Origin: an uncultured Bacilli bacterium
GTDB lineage: Bacteria; Bacillota_I; Bacilli_A; RF39; UBA660
Assembly: GCA_944358535.1 (NCBI GenBank)
Contig: CALVRH010000001.1
Span: forward strand, 23,708 to 87,707
DNA: 64,000 nucleotides
Direction: 5' to 3'
Position 1 is the first letter of the stretch. Every line of letters starts with the position of its first letter. The notes beneath the pieces were generated by a model, which was given only the letters and a program-made list of their open reading frames with translations, was not told where the DNA came from and searched no databases. A program made the position numbers and the translations under genes. Below are positions 61,161 through 64,000 of the stretch, piece after piece.

Positions 61161-61856
61161 TTATTCCTCCTTTAGGGCTTCAATTATTTTATTTTTGAAG
61201 CTTTCAGTGTCTAGATTATCTTTGGTTATCTCTTTTAAAATGCCTTTATTTAAAACAACTATTTCATCACATAAGTCTAAAGCTAGTTCCATAATATGGG
61301 TTGAGAAAATAATGATATGATCTTTTTTTATATTTTTAAACATCTGTTTCATTTCTTCTTGGGCTACAACATCAAATGATGTTAATGGTTCATCTAACAG
61401 TAAAATATTTGGTCCAGCTATGATGTTTACTAACATCTGCATTTTGTTTTTCATGCCGTGAGAGTAATCTTTCATAAGTTTGTCTCTATCTTCTTTTTCT
61501 ATCTGCATGAAATCAAAGTATTCATCAATATCTTTTTCATTTTGAATATGATTTTTATTTATTTCGATGAAGAATTTTAAGAATTCTCTTCCGGTTAAGA
61601 ATTCTGGAACATTGGGTGTAGATAAAACATAACCAATATCTTCTGGTTTAATTTTTCTATCTACTTCATCGTTTATATAAAATTCGCCACCATCTAACTC
61701 TAAGTCTTCATTTAGACAGTTAAATAAGGTGGTTTTACCGGCACCGTTTCGGCCAAGTAAACCATAGATTTTTCCTTTTTCAAATTCAAAGTTTATATCT
61801 TTTAAAACTTCTTTTTTTTCAAAACTTTTCTTTAAATGTTTGATAACTAATTTCAT
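61161..61856 (-). CDS. ABC transporter ATP-binding protein
   Basis: 231 aa. Walker A GRNGAGKTT, signature-like SHGMKNKM, Walker B ILLLDEP. Confidence 0.85.
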   Translation of the reverse strand: MKLVIKHLKKSFEKKEVLKDINFEFEKGKIYGLLGRNGAGKTTLFNCLNEDLELDGGEFYINDEVDRKIKPEDIGYVLSTPNVPEFLTGREFLKFFIEINKNHIQNEKDIDEYFDFMQIEKEDRDKLMKDYSHGMKNKMQMLVNIIAGPNILLLDEPLTSFDVVAQEEMKQMFKNIKKDHIIIFSTHIMELALDLCDEIVVLNKGILKEITKDNLDTESFKNKIIEALKEE

Positions 61857-61957
61857 GTGTACCTCCTACTATTTCACATCTATTTCATTATACATTATGG
61901 GTATATGTTTGACAATAATTTTTGATAAGAAAAAAATTCTAGGTTTTTTCTAGAATT

Positions 61958-62689
61958 TTAATTAAAACTATTTTCATAAATATCTAAAAACGCGCTGACA
62001 AATCTTGCCTCTTCTTTTGCTTTTTTTGTTCCTTTAGTTACTTGCCAGCCATAGGTTTTATAATCTTTATAGGTGAAGTTAGTAAGCGGGAGTAAATTGA
62101 ATTCATCTTTAATTAATTTAATACCTTCAGAATAATCTTTTTTTAGTCTAACAAAGGCTTTACTTGGGTTTTTGAAAACAGCCATGCCATATTTATTAGC
62201 TCCTATATCGAAGTCGATACTTATTTTACCAAATTCATTTATGTCGACATCACCTTTTATGTTACTTTCACCACTGATGTAAACCTGAGTGTATTTTAAA
62301 TTATCGTCATAGGCAAAGCCGTATTTTACGAGTAACATTTTACCAATTATTATAAGAAAGAATGTTATCAATATAATAACGATTGTGATAAGAATTTTTC
62401 TTTTACTTTTACCTTTATAATTTATTTTTAGAAGTTCTAAAAGATTGTTTTCAGATTCTTTTTTTATATCTTTTTCTTTGATTTTCTCACCAGCAAAAAG
62501 TTCATTTAAAGAAATACCTAAAATATTACATAGATCTTGCATAATGGAAATATCGGGCATACTTCTTCCGTTTTCCCACTTACTAACTGCTTTATAGGAT
62601 ACATTTAATTTTTCTCCGAGCTTTGCTTGGGTTAAATTTTTTTCTTTTCGGCTCCTTGCAATAAACCTACCTATTTTTTCTTGATTCAT
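61958..62689 (-). CDS. Membrane-anchored XRE-family HTH regulator with extracytoplasmic domain
   Basis: 243 aa. HTH_3 (RSRKEKNLTQAKLGEKLNVSYKAVSKWENGRSMPDISIMQDLCNILGI), single TM, ~110-aa C-terminal beta-rich domain. Confidence 0.65.
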   Translation of the reverse strand: MNQEKIGRFIARSRKEKNLTQAKLGEKLNVSYKAVSKWENGRSMPDISIMQDLCNILGISLNELFAGEKIKEKDIKKESENNLLELLKINYKGKSKRKILITIVIILITFFLIIIGKMLLVKYGFAYDDNLKYTQVYISGESNIKGDVDINEFGKISIDFDIGANKYGMAVFKNPSKAFVRLKKDYSEGIKLIKDEFNLLPLTNFTYKDYKTYGWQVTKGTKKAKEEARFVSAFLDIYENSFN

Positions 62690-62930
62690 AGTCCTCTCTC
62701 CTTTTGACTACATTATAAAACAGTTTTGATATTTTGAACACCTACTGGTGGTAGAGTTTAATTAAATAAGCTTTTCTCTATTAAGTATATTACACTATTT
62801 GTTTAAATTAGGTAAAGTATATGCATAATATTATAGAAAAAGCATATAATAGTATTGATATTATATTGAAAACGTATTGACATATTTTTTTGAGTGTGTT
62901 AATATGTTGATAGAAAAGGAGATGGTTGAT

Positions 62931-63209
62931 ATGGCTTCTAATGCAATTAATATGAGCTTTAGGGTTGATAAAAATTTAAAAAAGCAAGCTGATGAATTAT
63001 TTAAAAAATTAGGTTTAAATACAAGTGTGGCTTTAAATATGTTTTTAACTCAAAGTGTAAGAGAACAAAGTATTCCATTTGTTCCAACGATGAATGTTCC
63101 AAACGAAAAACTTTTAACTGCCTTAAAAGAAGTTCAAGATATTGAAGATGGAAAAATTAGTGCAAAGCGCTACAAAACATTTGAAGAAGCATTAAAGGAT
63201 ATTGATTAA
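62931..63209 (+). CDS. Type II antitoxin, DinJ/RelB family
   Basis: ORF trimmed to ATG 62931 with AAAGGAG RBS. MASNAINMSFRVDKNLKKQADELFKKLGLNTSVALNMFLTQSVREQSIPF matches the DinJ fold. Confidence 0.75.
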   Translation: MASNAINMSFRVDKNLKKQADELFKKLGLNTSVALNMFLTQSVREQSIPFVPTMNVPNEKLLTALKEVQDIEDGKISAKRYKTFEEALKDID

Positions 63210-63478
63210 TGAAATACGAAATTATTCTTACTTCCGTTTTCAAAAAAGAATTAAAGCAAATTAAAAAAAGACACAAAGATTTAGAAAAATTAACTAAAGT
63301 TGTTAATGATCTTGCAAATGATGTGATTTTAGATGCAAAATATAAGGACCATGCTTTGGTTAATGGTCCAAGATTTATGGGATGTAGAGAATGTCATATC
63401 GAACCTGATTGGCTACTTGTGTACAAAAAAAGTAAACAGGTACTCATAGTGATTTATTTTAATAAAACGAAAACTTGA
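63209..63478 (+). CDS. Type II toxin, YafQ/RelE-family mRNA interferase
   Basis: 89 aa. TAATG overlap with the antitoxin. ...FKKELKQIKKR...KYKDHALVNGPRFMGCRECHIEPDWLLVYKK... has the YafQ motif. Confidence 0.7.
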   Translation: MKYEIILTSVFKKELKQIKKRHKDLEKLTKVVNDLANDVILDAKYKDHALVNGPRFMGCRECHIEPDWLLVYKKSKQVLIVIYFNKTKT

Positions 63479-63515
63479 TTAAAATGATTTAATCGAGTTT
63501 TTTTGTTTCTTCCAA
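63473..63515 (+). terminator. Rho-independent terminator after the toxin-antitoxin pair
   Basis: cttgattaaa-atga-tttaatcgag followed by ttttttt. Confidence 0.55.
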
Positions 63516-63726
63516 TATAGTAATTGCCATAAATATCCTTTTATTGATTTTGGTGTTTATAATACTATTTAAATAGAAAAAACCACCTAACTCATCCGGC
63601 GATGATTTAGGCGCATACCCAAAATGGTTGCGTTCAACATTGCGTATTGAACATTCCTTTTTTATTATATGAGATTTCTCTCATCTATATTCATTTTATC
63701 ATAGTTTTTTATTTATGACAAATGAT

Positions 63727-64000
63727 TTATTCTTTGCTTTTTATTTTATCAAAATATATATCACTGCTATTTTGATGTTTGGTTTTAATAACTTCTATAA
63801 ATTTTTCTTTACTAGTTTCATTAAAACCACTGAAAGAAACATCTCCTATAACTGTATAAGGAACTCCTTTAGCTTCTTCTCCTAAAGCAGTAGCGAATCT
63901 ATTCATAATTTCAGCATTTTCTTGGTTTTCCCAAACTTCATAAGTATATAAATTGTAATAATCACCATATTCTTCTTTTATTTCATCAAAGAAAGCGAAT
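63727..64000 (-). CDS. Thioredoxin-fold (DsbA/BdbD-like?) protein, C-terminal part (partial; start beyond window end)
   Basis: Open minus-strand frame to window end ending ...EVWENQENAEIMNRFATALGEEAKGVPYTVIGDVSFSGFNETSKEKFIEVIKTKHQNSSDIYFDKIKSKE*. The GVPYTVIGD segment resembles the cis-Pro loop region of DsbA-like proteins. Weak. Confidence 0.3.
   Translation of the reverse strand, partial: FAFFDEIKEEYGDYYNLYTYEVWENQENAEIMNRFATALGEEAKGVPYTVIGDVSFSGFNETSKEKFIEVIKTKHQNSSDIYFDKIKSKE

Noticed and set aside
1-64000. Alternative genetic code (TGA=Trp, Mycoplasma-like), suggested by the extreme AT-richness
   Set aside because: Very long ORFs (rpoB, rpoC, smc, mutS) are intact under the standard code. 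The ORF track also shows normal-length housekeeping proteins.
1-64000. CRISPR arrays, rRNA or tRNA genes
   Set aside because: No short regularly spaced direct repeats and no GC-rich RNA-gene-like blocks were seen. The only conspicuous repeats are the intragenic 354-bp tandem duplication and the duplicated TIR gene pair.

Overview
Very AT-rich (roughly 28-30% GC by eye) bacterial chromosomal window, standard genetic code (long intact ORFs such as rpoB and rpoC rule out TGA=Trp), almost entirely minus-strand genes. Gene order is Bacillus-like (rplK-rplA-rplJ-rplL-ybxB-like MTase-rpoB-rpoC; nusG-secE; ylbJ/ylbL pair; murC; mutS; smc; gpmI), suggesting a low-GC Firmicute, possibly Erysipelotrichia-like (inference only). 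Housekeeping blocks alternate with accessory-looking material. (1) An island (about 2.1-9.0 kb) flanked by two PgdA-type polysaccharide deacetylase paralogs. It carries two tandem paralogous TIR-domain membrane proteins (N-terminal zinc ribbon, TIR with a putative catalytic Glu, 5 TM helices, C-terminal SH3b) that appear co-transcribed with an SPFH/band-7 protein with a C-terminal double zinc ribbon and a membrane protein built from a near-perfect 354-bp tandem duplication. (2) A Tad/Flp-type pilus locus (2 TadE-like, TadZ, TadA/CpaF, Ig-fused TadB, TadC), plus a separate PilD-PilC pair and an orphan PilB/GspE ATPase. (3) A five-member paralog family sharing a 'W-T-S(P) ... VRP' motif; three members cluster with a ThiF/TcdA-like E1-fold enzyme and two unknowns between LemA/DUF2207 and murC. 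(4) ogt-tag alkylation repair, two membrane-anchored XRE regulators (one with a DUF4097 adhesin-like protein, one with an ABC transporter) and a DinJ-YafQ toxin-antitoxin pair. (5) A decayed Rpn-type nuclease/transposase remnant and a poly(A)16 tract upstream of one paralog. No rRNA, tRNA or CRISPR array was recognised.
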